Shown here one piece after another: positions 54,897-64,000 of a stretch of DNA of 64,000 nucleotides; position 1 is the stretch's first letter, and each line of letters opens with the position of its first letter. Both the position numbers and the translations under genes were made by a program. Location: assembly GCA_009772965.1 (NCBI GenBank), contig WPAF01000001.1:78639-142638 (forward strand), written 5' to 3'. The notes beneath the pieces are model-generated. The model was not told the DNA's origin. It did no database searches and saw only the letters and a list, made by a program, of their open reading frames with translations. The stretch comes from Candidatus Saganbacteria bacterium (GTDB lineage: Bacteria; Margulisbacteria; WOR-1; XYC2-FULL-46-14; WPAF01).

Positions 54897-57517
54897 AATG
54901 TTTCAAGCGCTTTTGATAATGCTTGTTCAAGCATTGCCGGATTTCCCCCGCCAGCTTCCGCCCTTTGTTTTTTACCCCCGCCCTTTGAACCAATTATTTC
55001 AGAAATTACTTTAATAAAATCCGTCGCGCTGTATTTCCCTGTTAAATCATTGCTGACAGAGGCAAAGATGGAAATTTTTCCATTGATGTTCGCGGCTAAT
55101 ATTATTACCCCAATCCCTTGATTTTTCAGCAAATCGCCAATTATCCTTAAATTCGACATCGAAACATTTGTTAATTCTTCGGCTATTACTTTTATTCCTT
55201 TGATTTCCTTGGCTTTTTTTGCTATTTCTTCTATATCCTTTATCGCATTTTTCTCAATTATCTTTTCAATTTCTTTCTCAAGTTTTTTATTTCTTTCAAT
55301 AAGCCAATCAACTCGGCCTTTTAAATGGCTCATGAACTTATTTACGCTTATTATATCTTTGGCATCCACTGAGCGGCCAATCCTGATTAATTCTTCCTGG
55401 TCAATTTCAAAGATTCTCGTTTCAAGTTTTGCTAGGCCGCCAAGCTTTTCATATCCTGCGCTCAATTCGCTGTTAGTTTTCATCAGCTTAATAATTTCAT
55501 CCTTTATTTTTTTACCCTGGTATACAACATATATTTTGGCAAAAGACCCGGCAATTGCTTCGATCCTTCTTACTCCTGACTGAAGAGCTTCCTCTTTTGT
55601 AATTTTGAAGAATTGGATATCTTTTGTGTTTTTAACGTGGCAGCCGCCGCAAAGCTCGCTGCTTACCCCGTTAATTTTAACTACCCTGACTTTTTTACCA
55701 TATTTATCGCCAAAGAGCGCAATTACTCCCATTTTCATGGCCGATTCAATTGAAGTTTCAGCCGTTTCAACTTTTATTTCTTTGATAATATTGTCATTTA
55801 CAAATTTTTCTATCTTTTCAATTTCCTCAGTTGTTAATGGCTTATGCCAGCTGAAATCAAATCTTAAATGGTTTGGCCCGACAAATGAACCGGACTGCTT
55901 TGCGTCAACGCTTAAGATATTCCTCAAGCCGGCGTGCAGCAAATGGGTTGCGGTATGGTGCATTGCCGTGTTTTCTCGTCTGCTGGAATTTATTTTAACA
56001 TTTACGCTTTGTTTTACCGAAAATCCTTCCGTGCTTATAACTTTATGAAGTAATACCCCATTTATCTCCCCTAAAGTGTCAATAACAAGCATCTCTTTAT
56101 CATTTACATAAATTATCCCGGTATCTCCAACTTGTCCGCCGCTTTCAGGATAAAATGGGGATTTTTCCAGAATAATCATATCCTCTTCAATCCCTATTAT
56201 CTTGGCAGAACATTCATTTTTATCATAACCGATAAATTTTGTCGGCTGGTAATTATCATATTTTTTACTGGTTTCAATAGTTTTAATGCTTCTGGAGCGG
56301 CTGCGCTGGGTCTCCATTGCGGCGTTAAAACCAGCTTCATCAATTCTTATTCCCTTCGCGATTTCCTTTGTCAATTCAATAGGAAAGCCATAAGTATCAT
56401 GCAGCTTAAAAGCTTCTTCTCCAGAAATGGCCTTTTTTTTAAGCAACTGATTCAGCATTTTCATCCCGGATTCGAGAGTCAGCAAAAAGTTTTCCTGCTC
56501 ATTTTTCAAAATATCATGTATTTTTTTTGAATTATTTGAAATTTCAGGATAGGTGTTTTTTCCAAGCTCTATCGCAGTTTCCGCAATTTTAGGCAGGAAT
56601 ATCCCTTTTATTTTTTGGCCATGCAAAACCATCCGCCGAATTATCCTCTTTAAAACATATCCCCGCCCCTCATTGCCCGGAATAACCCCATCAGCAATTA
56701 AATATACGGCAGCCCTAATATGGTCGGCAATAATTCTCCTTGATATTTCATTCCCTTCAGGCATCATGCCCAATATCGGCATAAAAAGATCTGTGCCAAA
56801 ATTGCTGTCCGCATTTTGTAAAACCCTTGCAATGCGTTCAAGCCCCATGCCGGTATCAATATTTTTTGCAGGAAGTGTATTTAATTTCCCGTTTGCGTCC
56901 CTGTTAAACTCAATAAAGACCAAGTTCCATATTTCAAGGAACCTCTCACACTCACAACCCGGTGAGCAGTTTGGCCTGCCGCAGCCTTTTTCTCTGCCAA
57001 AATCATAATAAATCTCAGAACACGGCCCGCATGGGCCAACAGGCCCCGCCGCCCAGAAATTATTTTCCTCGTCCAGGCGAAAAATATTTTCTTTTCCCAC
57101 ATTAAAGCTTTGGTTCCATATATTAAACGCCTCGTCATCTTTTTCGTATACAGCAATTTTTAATTTATCCTGCGGGATATCAAAGACTTTTGTCAGGAGT
57201 TTCCATGCGAAATCAATTGCTTCTTTTTTAAAATAGTCGCCAAAAGAAAAGTTTCCAAGCATTTCAAAAAAAGTATGGTGCCGGCTGGTTTGCCCCACAT
57301 TTTCAATATCATTCATGCGGATGCATTTCTGGATTGTCGCGGCACGCTTATATTTTGGCTTAACATCCCCTAAAAAGATCGGCTTAAACGGCAGCATGCC
57401 GGCCAAGGTTAAAAGAACGGTTGGATCTTCAGGCACCAAGGAAGCGGACGGCAAAATCTTATGGTTTTGTTTTTCAAAATAATCAAGGAACGTTTTTCTT
57501 ATTTGGCCGCTTTTCAT
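54893..57517 (-). CDS. alaS: Alanine--tRNA ligase
   Basis: FLDYFEKQNHKILPSASLVP, HHTFFEMLGNFSFGDYFK, and editing-domain HTATHLLH...CGGCHV. Confidence 0.95.
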   Translation of the reverse strand: MKSGQIRKTFLDYFEKQNHKILPSASLVPEDPTVLLTLAGMLPFKPIFLGDVKPKYKRAATIQKCIRMNDIENVGQTSRHHTFFEMLGNFSFGDYFKKEAIDFAWKLLTKVFDIPQDKLKIAVYEKDDEAFNIWNQSFNVGKENIFRLDEENNFWAAGPVGPCGPCSEIYYDFGREKGCGRPNCSPGCECERFLEIWNLVFIEFNRDANGKLNTLPAKNIDTGMGLERIARVLQNADSNFGTDLFMPILGMMPEGNEISRRIIADHIRAAVYLIADGVIPGNEGRGYVLKRIIRRMVLHGQKIKGIFLPKIAETAIELGKNTYPEISNNSKKIHDILKNEQENFLLTLESGMKMLNQLLKKKAISGEEAFKLHDTYGFPIELTKEIAKGIRIDEAGFNAAMETQRSRSRSIKTIETSKKYDNYQPTKFIGYDKNECSAKIIGIEEDMIILEKSPFYPESGGQVGDTGIIYVNDKEMLVIDTLGEINGVLLHKVISTEGFSVKQSVNVKINSSRRENTAMHHTATHLLHAGLRNILSVDAKQSGSFVGPNHLRFDFSWHKPLTTEEIEKIEKFVNDNIIKEIKVETAETSIESAMKMGVIALFGDKYGKKVRVVKINGVSSELCGGCHVKNTKDIQFFKITKEEALQSGVRRIEAIAGSFAKIYVVYQGKKIKDEIIKLMKTNSELSAGYEKLGGLAKLETRIFEIDQEELIRIGRSVDAKDIISVNKFMSHLKGRVDWLIERNKKLEKEIEKIIEKNAIKDIEEIAKKAKEIKGIKVIAEELTNVSMSNLRIIGDLLKNQGIGVIILAANINGKISIFASVSNDLTGKYSATDFIKVISEIIGSKGGGKKQRAEAGGGNPAMLEQALSKALETL

Positions 57518-58107
57518 ATTTTTAAAAATCCCCTGATTTCACGCTGCACTTCATCTATACTCCTGTATGTGTCAATTACTTTAATCCTTTGCGGATTTTT
57601 TGACGCGATATCCATATACTTTTCTTTTACCCTTTCATGGAATGCCATTATCTCTTTTTCAAACCTATTCATAACCCCCCTCTCAACCGTCCGCTGCAAA
57701 CCTTCTTCGATTTTTATATCCAATAGAAAGGTAATATCAGGCAATAGCCCCCTTGAAGAAATCCAATTAATGTATCTTACCATGTCTTCAGGAAGACCCC
57801 TGCCGCCCAGCTGATAGGCAATTGTTGAATCTATATAGCGGTCGGATATTACAATTTTCCCCGCCGACAAAGCCGGTTTGATTATTTTTTCAACATGCTC
57901 CACCCTATCCGCGGCAAAGAGGAAGATTTCAGACAGCGCTTCCAATGATTGGTCGTTATCAAGCAATATCTTCCTTAAATTGTTTTTAAAACCGCCGGGT
58001 TCTTTTGTTAAAACAACTTCCTTTTGAAAAAGCTCAAAATAATCCTTAAGCATTTTCGCGTGAGTTGACTTGCCGCAGCCCTCCCCGCCCTCAAATGTAA
58101 TAAACAT
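57514..58107 (-). CDS. tmk: Thymidylate kinase
   Basis: MFITFEGGEGCGKSTH P-loop and DRYIDST. Confidence 0.9.
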   Translation of the reverse strand: MFITFEGGEGCGKSTHAKMLKDYFELFQKEVVLTKEPGGFKNNLRKILLDNDQSLEALSEIFLFAADRVEHVEKIIKPALSAGKIVISDRYIDSTIAYQLGGRGLPEDMVRYINWISSRGLLPDITFLLDIKIEEGLQRTVERGVMNRFEKEIMAFHERVKEKYMDIASKNPQRIKVIDTYRSIDEVQREIRGFLKI

Positions 58108-58116
58108 TGCTCCTCC

Positions 58117-59562
58117 TTATTTTAAACTAAATCCCAAGACAAATTCCTGCCGCATAACTTTATATGTTAAATCCACATCAAAGCAATGAAAAGATAATCC
58201 CGCGGTATAATCAATTTCCTGCGGAATAAAATCCGAAACCGAATATTCGCAATTAAAAGCGAAATTGCTGAAAAAAGATTTTTTCTTCAGCATTAATCCG
58301 ACTTTGTCTTTTGAAACAAACCGGTATTTTTCATAATTAAACGGGCTTTGCCCTAAATTAGAAAAGAAGTGCGAAAATTTAAGCTCGCCATTAAGTGTTT
58401 CATCAAAAGATTTTCTATATGCCAGGATTCCAATAGTTTTCAACCAATGGGTGCTGTTTCCATAAAAAGAAAGGTCGGCATCAAGCGAGGGGTAAAAGTC
58501 ATCATAAAAGACATATGCAAGCTTGCCCAAAAAATTAAATCTATAATGCGTATTTTTTGTGGTTTCTTCATCAATATTTCCCAGCTCTAAACTTCCTTCC
58601 ATGGCGCCAATTTTTTTACCCGATATTTTAATGTTTGGAAGCATGCTGACTCTTTCGAAGTTTATTCTTTCCCTGCTTGAGATTTTCACATCAAGCTCAT
58701 ATTTTTTTTGTTTTGGGACATCAAAATATACCGTCTTTTGGTCGATTTCCTGGCCAAAATAGTTTCTGTATTCAAGCCATCCTCTTAGGGATTCATAATT
58801 ACTGATAAATATTTCTCCGCAATATTCCTTATTATTATCTAGTCTGTAAAGAATATTAAACATTCCTCCTGTGCCTTTTCTAACAGCATGGTTTATCCCA
58901 TATTTCCCATTAATATCGGGGCGAAGATACCAAGACATGCTTTCCGATATCCACAAACCATCCTCGTCGTTAACGCCGATTTCTGGATAAGGCATAACAT
59001 TTTTTTTGCCTAATAGGTCAGCCCTAAAGTCATAAACATATACCGGCACCGGCAGGGACGGCAGGGATCCAAGCCAAAAAACACCCCAATATGCGGCAAA
59101 CCAGCCCTGCTTTTGATAAAGATCCAAACCCAACGCGGCTAAATGATAATGCGGCGGGGCAAGCCCGCAAGCGTCAAAAACGGCTCCTTTGATTTTAATC
59201 TCATTGCTGTTGAATTTAATCTCATCGCCCGTAATATTCGCTTTTTCATATTTTATTTTTACTGACTTTCCGCTTCCGGTTTCCTCGTTTATGTTATAGT
59301 TCAATTCTTTCCCGATAAAGTTAACGCCGTTAAATTGGAAATCAAAGCCTGAATCAAGAAATACTTCACGGCTTATAGAATTATAAATTAAGTGCTCGCC
59401 CAAGATTGTGATGTTTTTATACTTTGCCTCAACCGAGCCAAAGGCTTCAATTATGCCCTTTTCCTGGTTGTAGTCCATTTTGGAGGCATTTATAACAAGA
59501 TCTTTTTCCTGCGCTAACGCGATGCTTGAAAAAATAAAAATTGCTAAAAAGTACTTTTTCAT
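58117..59562 (-). CDS. Secreted OstA/LptD-like protein (possible short LPS-assembly outer-membrane protein)
   Basis: Signal peptide MKKYFLAIFIFSSIALAQ. N-terminal OstA-like beta-jellyroll pattern (LVINASKMDYNQEKGIIEAFGSVEAKYKNITILGEHLIY). The C-terminal two-thirds are rich in alternating aromatic beta-strand-like segments. Confidence 0.4.
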   Translation of the reverse strand: MKKYFLAIFIFSSIALAQEKDLVINASKMDYNQEKGIIEAFGSVEAKYKNITILGEHLIYNSISREVFLDSGFDFQFNGVNFIGKELNYNINEETGSGKSVKIKYEKANITGDEIKFNSNEIKIKGAVFDACGLAPPHYHLAALGLDLYQKQGWFAAYWGVFWLGSLPSLPVPVYVYDFRADLLGKKNVMPYPEIGVNDEDGLWISESMSWYLRPDINGKYGINHAVRKGTGGMFNILYRLDNNKEYCGEIFISNYESLRGWLEYRNYFGQEIDQKTVYFDVPKQKKYELDVKISSRERINFERVSMLPNIKISGKKIGAMEGSLELGNIDEETTKNTHYRFNFLGKLAYVFYDDFYPSLDADLSFYGNSTHWLKTIGILAYRKSFDETLNGELKFSHFFSNLGQSPFNYEKYRFVSKDKVGLMLKKKSFFSNFAFNCEYSVSDFIPQEIDYTAGLSFHCFDVDLTYKVMRQEFVLGFSLK

Positions 59563-60899
59563 TATCCAACTTCTTCGTAGCGGGTTTCCTTGCTGCAGAA
59601 TTTTACTAGATCTTTTCTAAAAACAAGTTCAACCATGCCCACCGGGCCATTTCTCTGTTTCGCTATAATAATTTCCGCGACATTGCCTTTTTCTGACTGG
59701 GGATTATAATAATCTTCCCTGTGGATAAACATAACTACATCCGCCGTCTGCTCAATTTCTCCGGATTCCCTTAAGTCAGAAAGGCGGGGAATGCGATCAG
59801 TCCGCTGTTCAACGGCTCTTGAAAGCTGGGATAAAGCAATAACCGGAATTTCCAATTCTCTCGCCATTGTTTTTAAAGACCTGGCAATCTCTGAAATTTC
59901 CTGCACCCTATTTTCTATCCTGCCTTTGCTTGACATAAGCTGCAAATAATCAATAAAAACCGCGCCAATCCCCTTTTCCAATTTCATCCTGCGGCATTTA
60001 GCCCTTATTTCCATTGAAGTAATGGATGCGGAATCATCAATATATATTTTTGCTTCAGAAAGCTTAGCTAAAGCCCGTGTCAATTTTTTCCAGCCGGTAT
60101 CCGGTAATGATGCGGTCCTTAGCCTTAACGCGTCAATTTCGGCTTCAGAGCATAACATGCGCTGCGCCAGCTGTTCCTTGCTCATTTCCAAAGAAAATAC
60201 TGCGACCGGGATATTATGTTTAATTGCCATATTTTGGGCAATATTCATGGCTAATGCAGTTTTACCAACCGATGGGCGGGCCGCAATAATTATAAAATCA
60301 GAAGATTGAAAACCGGCTGTCATATTGTCTAAATCCGTAAAACCGGTTGGAATGCCAGTAATATGCTCCTTCTTGCCATATAACCTGTCTATTTTATCCA
60401 GGACATTTTTTAATACTTCATCAATCCTGTGAAATCCTTCATGAACTCTTTTTAAAGCGATTCCAAAAATTGATTTTTCCGCTTCATCTAAAATGTGATC
60501 GACATTATCAGGCTCTTCAAAGGCCTTCTGGACAATTCTTGTCCCGGCATCAATCAGCCTTCGAAGGGTTGCTTTTTCTTCAACGATTTTCGAATAGAAT
60601 TCCATATTTCCGGCAGTAGGCACAGAATTGATCAAATCCGCAACATAAACCGATCCTCCCGCCAATTCTAATTTATTACTTCTGCGCAGTGTTTCGGTAA
60701 TAGTAATTAAATCTATCGGCTCTCCCCTGTCAAACAGCTCGATTATCGCCTCAAAAACAAATCTATGCGCATCGCGATAAAAACTGTCCGGGGTGAGCAT
60801 TTCAAGCCCTTTAATAATCGCGGACTTATCAATCAGCATTGAGCCGATCACAGACTGTTCGGCCTGCAGGTTCTGGGGCGGAACGCGGTCTTCAGACAT
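59562..60899 (-). CDS. dnaB: Replicative DNA helicase DnaB
   Basis: PPQNLQAEQSVIGSML, ARPSVGKTA Walker A, and IDYLQLM. Confidence 0.95.
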   Translation of the reverse strand: MSEDRVPPQNLQAEQSVIGSMLIDKSAIIKGLEMLTPDSFYRDAHRFVFEAIIELFDRGEPIDLITITETLRRSNKLELAGGSVYVADLINSVPTAGNMEFYSKIVEEKATLRRLIDAGTRIVQKAFEEPDNVDHILDEAEKSIFGIALKRVHEGFHRIDEVLKNVLDKIDRLYGKKEHITGIPTGFTDLDNMTAGFQSSDFIIIAARPSVGKTALAMNIAQNMAIKHNIPVAVFSLEMSKEQLAQRMLCSEAEIDALRLRTASLPDTGWKKLTRALAKLSEAKIYIDDSASITSMEIRAKCRRMKLEKGIGAVFIDYLQLMSSKGRIENRVQEISEIARSLKTMARELEIPVIALSQLSRAVEQRTDRIPRLSDLRESGEIEQTADVVMFIHREDYYNPQSEKGNVAEIIIAKQRNGPVGMVELVFRKDLVKFCSKETRYEEVG

Positions 60900-60916
60900 G
60901 TATTGCCTCCAATAAA

Positions 60917-62842
60917 TTATTTTCTGATTTGAACTTTAAGCGAATTTTCCAGTTCTTTTTGGATATTTTCAAACGAAACGCTTACTTCTTCGTCTGTTAA
61001 AGTTTTATTTTTATCCCTAAATGATATCCGGTAGGCTTGGCTGTTTTTATAAATATCAAATATTTCAACCGATTCAACTAAATCTCCCCGTTTAATAGTT
61101 TCAAGAATGATTTGTGACGCAACACCTTGAGGGACAAACATGGCAAGATCCCTTTCTACTTTTGGATATTTTGGCAATGGCTTGTAAAATTTATTTGGTT
61201 TATTTAACGCCAAAAGCCGGTCAAGGTCAATTTCAAAGGCATAAACCTCAATATTCTTAAAAAGGTCGGGGTGAATTGCTCCAAATTTCCCAATTATCTT
61301 AAGCTGGGCAATAATTGAGGCGGATTTCCCTGGATGGAAGTGTTTTCCTATGTAGGATTCCAGCTTATAATCATGTGTAAATTCCTGCAGCAAACTTTCT
61401 ACCATTCCCTTTAATTTATAAAAATCCGCATCCCCTCCGGCAATCAAGCCGGATAAAACATTTTTTTCATCGGGTATTTTTTCTGTAGAATAAACCTTGC
61501 CAACCTCAAAAATATTTACTTTGCTTGCTTGATGCCTTAAATTATGCGATAAAACCCGCAAAAGGCTGTAAATCAAACTTGTCCGCATCACCGATTCTTC
61601 CTGCGCCATTGGATTTGAAATATTAATCGCGCCGGCTTCGGCCATTAAAGGCGCAACCATGCTAAAGGTTTGAACCTCAAAAAGCCCGCATCCTAGAAGT
61701 ATCTCCCTGACTTTTCTAATGCGATTATGGCTTGATTCAAACGTTTTTGCCTTTATTTCAGGCATCGTTTCGTTAATTTTATCAAACCCATAAATCCTCG
61801 CTATTTCTTCAATTAAATCTATTTCTCTTTCAACATCCCCCGCCCTCCATGACGGAACCTCTACAATAATTTTATCTTTCGTTTCTTTTTTAATCTTAAA
61901 GCCAAGAAGCTTTAATATTGCGGCCGATTCTTTTCTGTTGATATTAACGCCCAGAATGTTTTTTATCCTTTCATTTCTTAACGCGATAGTTTTATTTTTT
62001 TGGGGTTTGGCTTTAACATCAATTTTTCCCTTTAAAACTACTCCACCGGCAATTCCTGAAATCAATGCCGCCGCCCTATCAAGGGCTTCCTCAACCATGT
62101 CAAAATCAACTCTTTTCTCAAAACGCATGGAAGCCTCAGTCCTAAGCTTTATCTTTTTAGAGGATTTTACAATCGATGCTGGCTCAAAAAACGCGGATTC
62201 TAAAATTATTTTTTTAGTTCCGGGCATAACTGATGAATCTAGCCCTCCCATAATTCCCGCAATCGCGATTGGTTTTAGAGGGTCAGAAATCAATAAGGAT
62301 TCTTCATCAAGAATTCTTTCAAGCCCGTCGAGAGTTATTATCTTTTCCCCGTGCTTTGCCTGCCTGACAATTATTTTAGATATCTTCTCCGCGTCAAAAG
62401 CATGCATTGGCTGCCCAAGTTCAATTAATAAGTAATTGGTTATATCAACAATATTATTTACTGGCCTAATTCCTGCCAGAAGAAGCCTTTTTTTAAGCCA
62501 TTCAGGGGAATCCGCGACAACAACCCCCCCAATAACCCTAGCCATATACCTTGGGCAAAGTTTTTTTTCCTTTACTTCAACCGTTAATTTTATCTTCTCT
62601 TTTGATTCAACAACTCTAAATGGTTTTTTTATTAATCTGGTTTTCAATATTGCTGAAACTTCTCTTGCTGCCCCTAAAATGCTTTCGCAGTCGCCCCTAT
62701 TTGGCAGAATGTCCACAGCAATCACCTTAGCATCTTCCGCGACAATTGCCTCTAACCCGGCCAAAGTTAATTTTTTGGCCAAAGCCTCTGGAGGAACATT
62801 TATCTTAACAAACTCTTTTAACCAATCAATTGGAACTCTCAT
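60917..62842 (-). CDS. pheT: Phenylalanine--tRNA ligase beta subunit (short form lacking the OB-fold tRNA-binding domain)
   Basis: MRVPIDWLKEFV...LTLAGLEA runs directly into VDILPNRGDCESILGAAREV. B3/4, B5 and C-terminal FDX-ACB-like regions are present. 641 aa. Confidence 0.9.
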   Translation of the reverse strand: MRVPIDWLKEFVKINVPPEALAKKLTLAGLEAIVAEDAKVIAVDILPNRGDCESILGAAREVSAILKTRLIKKPFRVVESKEKIKLTVEVKEKKLCPRYMARVIGGVVVADSPEWLKKRLLLAGIRPVNNIVDITNYLLIELGQPMHAFDAEKISKIIVRQAKHGEKIITLDGLERILDEESLLISDPLKPIAIAGIMGGLDSSVMPGTKKIILESAFFEPASIVKSSKKIKLRTEASMRFEKRVDFDMVEEALDRAAALISGIAGGVVLKGKIDVKAKPQKNKTIALRNERIKNILGVNINRKESAAILKLLGFKIKKETKDKIIVEVPSWRAGDVEREIDLIEEIARIYGFDKINETMPEIKAKTFESSHNRIRKVREILLGCGLFEVQTFSMVAPLMAEAGAINISNPMAQEESVMRTSLIYSLLRVLSHNLRHQASKVNIFEVGKVYSTEKIPDEKNVLSGLIAGGDADFYKLKGMVESLLQEFTHDYKLESYIGKHFHPGKSASIIAQLKIIGKFGAIHPDLFKNIEVYAFEIDLDRLLALNKPNKFYKPLPKYPKVERDLAMFVPQGVASQIILETIKRGDLVESVEIFDIYKNSQAYRISFRDKNKTLTDEEVSVSFENIQKELENSLKVQIRK

Positions 62843-62857
62843 TAATAATTCTCCATG

Positions 62858-63874
62858 TTAAAATTGCTCCAAAAATCTTAAATCATTCTCAAAAAATAAC
62901 CTAATGTCGTCAATCCCGAATTTAAGCATGGCAATTCTTTCTATCCCCATGCCAAACGCGTAACCGGAAAATTTTTCCGAATTATACCCGACAAATTTAA
63001 AAACATTCGGGTCAACCATGCCGGAGCCCAATATTTCAAGCCAGCCGGTATTTTTACATAAACGACATCCAGCCCCATTGCAAAGGACGCATTCAACATC
63101 CACCTCCGCGGACGGTTCGGTAAATGGGAAATAGCTTGGGCGAAACCTGACTTTTTTTTCTTTGCCAAAAACCTGGCGTAAAAAATAAGAGAGTGTTCCT
63201 TTTAAGTCCCCAAAAGTTATTTTTTTATCCACCAATAATCCTTCCAGCTGATGAAAAACAGGAGAATGGGTTACATCTGAATCGCGCCGATAAACCCTGC
63301 CAGGCGCTATGATTGCCAGCGGCGGCTTTTGTTTTTCCATCACCCTAATCTGCACAGGAGATGTATGCGTCCGCAAAAGCAATTCATTATTTATCCAGAG
63401 GGTTGACCACATATCGCGGCTGGGATGATATTTGGGAATATTTAAAGCTTCAAAATTATAATATTCAGTTTCAATATCAGGGCCTTCCGCTATTGAAAAT
63501 CCCATGCGGATAAAAATCCCTATCATCTCATCCATAACTTGCGTGATTGGATGCAATTTTCCTCTTTTAATAAACTTGCCAGGCAAGGTAATATCTAAAA
63601 CTTCAGAATTTATCTTATTTTGGGTTAATTGGGCGCTGAATTGCGCTTTTCTTGATGCTATAAGCCCTTCAATTTTTATTTTTGTTTCATTTAATGCTTT
63701 GCCGAAATTGCGCCTTTCTTCTTCGGGTAGGATTTTCAGGTTTCTCATCAGTTCGGTAAGCAGGCCTTTTTTACCAAGATAGCGGATTTGGGCATCATCA
63801 ATATCTGATAAGCTTTTTGCATTTGTAATATTCTCTAACGCTTCATTTTCGATTGCTCTTATTCTTTCAACCAT
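62858..63874 (-). CDS. pheS: Phenylalanine--tRNA ligase alpha subunit
   Basis: HPITQVMDEM, LLRTHTSPVQIR, FRPSYFPFTEPSAE, and GMGIERIAML. Confidence 0.95.
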   Translation of the reverse strand: MVERIRAIENEALENITNAKSLSDIDDAQIRYLGKKGLLTELMRNLKILPEEERRNFGKALNETKIKIEGLIASRKAQFSAQLTQNKINSEVLDITLPGKFIKRGKLHPITQVMDEMIGIFIRMGFSIAEGPDIETEYYNFEALNIPKYHPSRDMWSTLWINNELLLRTHTSPVQIRVMEKQKPPLAIIAPGRVYRRDSDVTHSPVFHQLEGLLVDKKITFGDLKGTLSYFLRQVFGKEKKVRFRPSYFPFTEPSAEVDVECVLCNGAGCRLCKNTGWLEILGSGMVDPNVFKFVGYNSEKFSGYAFGMGIERIAMLKFGIDDIRLFFENDLRFLEQF

Positions 63875-64000
63875 CTCTGCCTCACTGCTTCATAAAGAAA
63901 AATCGATGCCGTCATTGCCGCATTTAACGATTCGGCTTTGCCTAGAATCGGCACGCTTGCTACATTGTCGCATAAATCCAAAATATTATCAGGTATTCCT
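63859..64000 (-). CDS. SpoU/TrmH-family RNA 2'-O-methyltransferase, C-terminal fragment (N-terminus outside window)
   Basis: Hand translation gives ...GIPDNILDLCDNVASVPILGKAESLNAAMTASIFLYEAVRQRWLKE followed by a stop (SLNxxxAxxIxLYE motif). The stop overlaps the pheS start region. Confidence 0.6.
   Translation of the reverse strand, partial: GIPDNILDLCDNVASVPILGKAESLNAAMTASIFLYEAVRQRWLKE

Overview
AT-rich, very gene-dense bacterial window with about 63 CDSs. All but two (10855-11820 and rpmB) are on the minus strand, and many neighbours overlap by 1-4 nt at start/stop. (1) Positions 1 to ~41.9 kb form one large accessory glycan-biosynthesis island built around a complete pseudaminic-acid-type nonulosonic acid pathway (pseB, pseC, pseG-, pseF- and pseI-like genes). 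The island carries unusual tailoring chemistry. There are three thiamine-diphosphate E1 alpha/beta pairs. One pair is coupled to a small lipoate-protein ligase and to a lipoyl-carrier::NeuD-type sugar acyltransferase fusion that sits where pseH normally sits. There are also four cobalamin-binding radical SAM enzymes plus one SPASM radical SAM, an ACP / adenylating enzyme / class-III aminotransferase / PdxA-like / IMPase-like sub-cluster, many extended SDRs (three with apparently degenerate catalytic motifs), and an ArnC/GtrB-like polyprenyl-phosphate glycosyltransferase near a 760-aa polytopic membrane protein. (2) 41.9-49.2 kb holds Wzz/Wza-type export genes, an FAD oxidoreductase, murE and rfbBA. 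(3) 49.2-64 kb is core housekeeping: rph, coaD, rsmD, recG, rpmB, mltG, ruvX, alaS, tmk, an LptD/OstA-like protein, dnaB, pheST and a partial trmH-like gene. Three perfect-consensus sigma70-type promoters (TTGACA-N16/17-TATAAT) lie in the three largest non-coding gaps, each 9-10 nt upstream of an ATG, which suggests near-leaderless transcripts. A decayed epimerase gene marks the island boundary. I recognised no rRNA, tRNA, CRISPR array, transposase or integrase. All functional calls come from motif-level reading of the supplied translations and hand translation of gaps. No database search, HMM scan or alignment was run, so family names are recognitions, not measurements.
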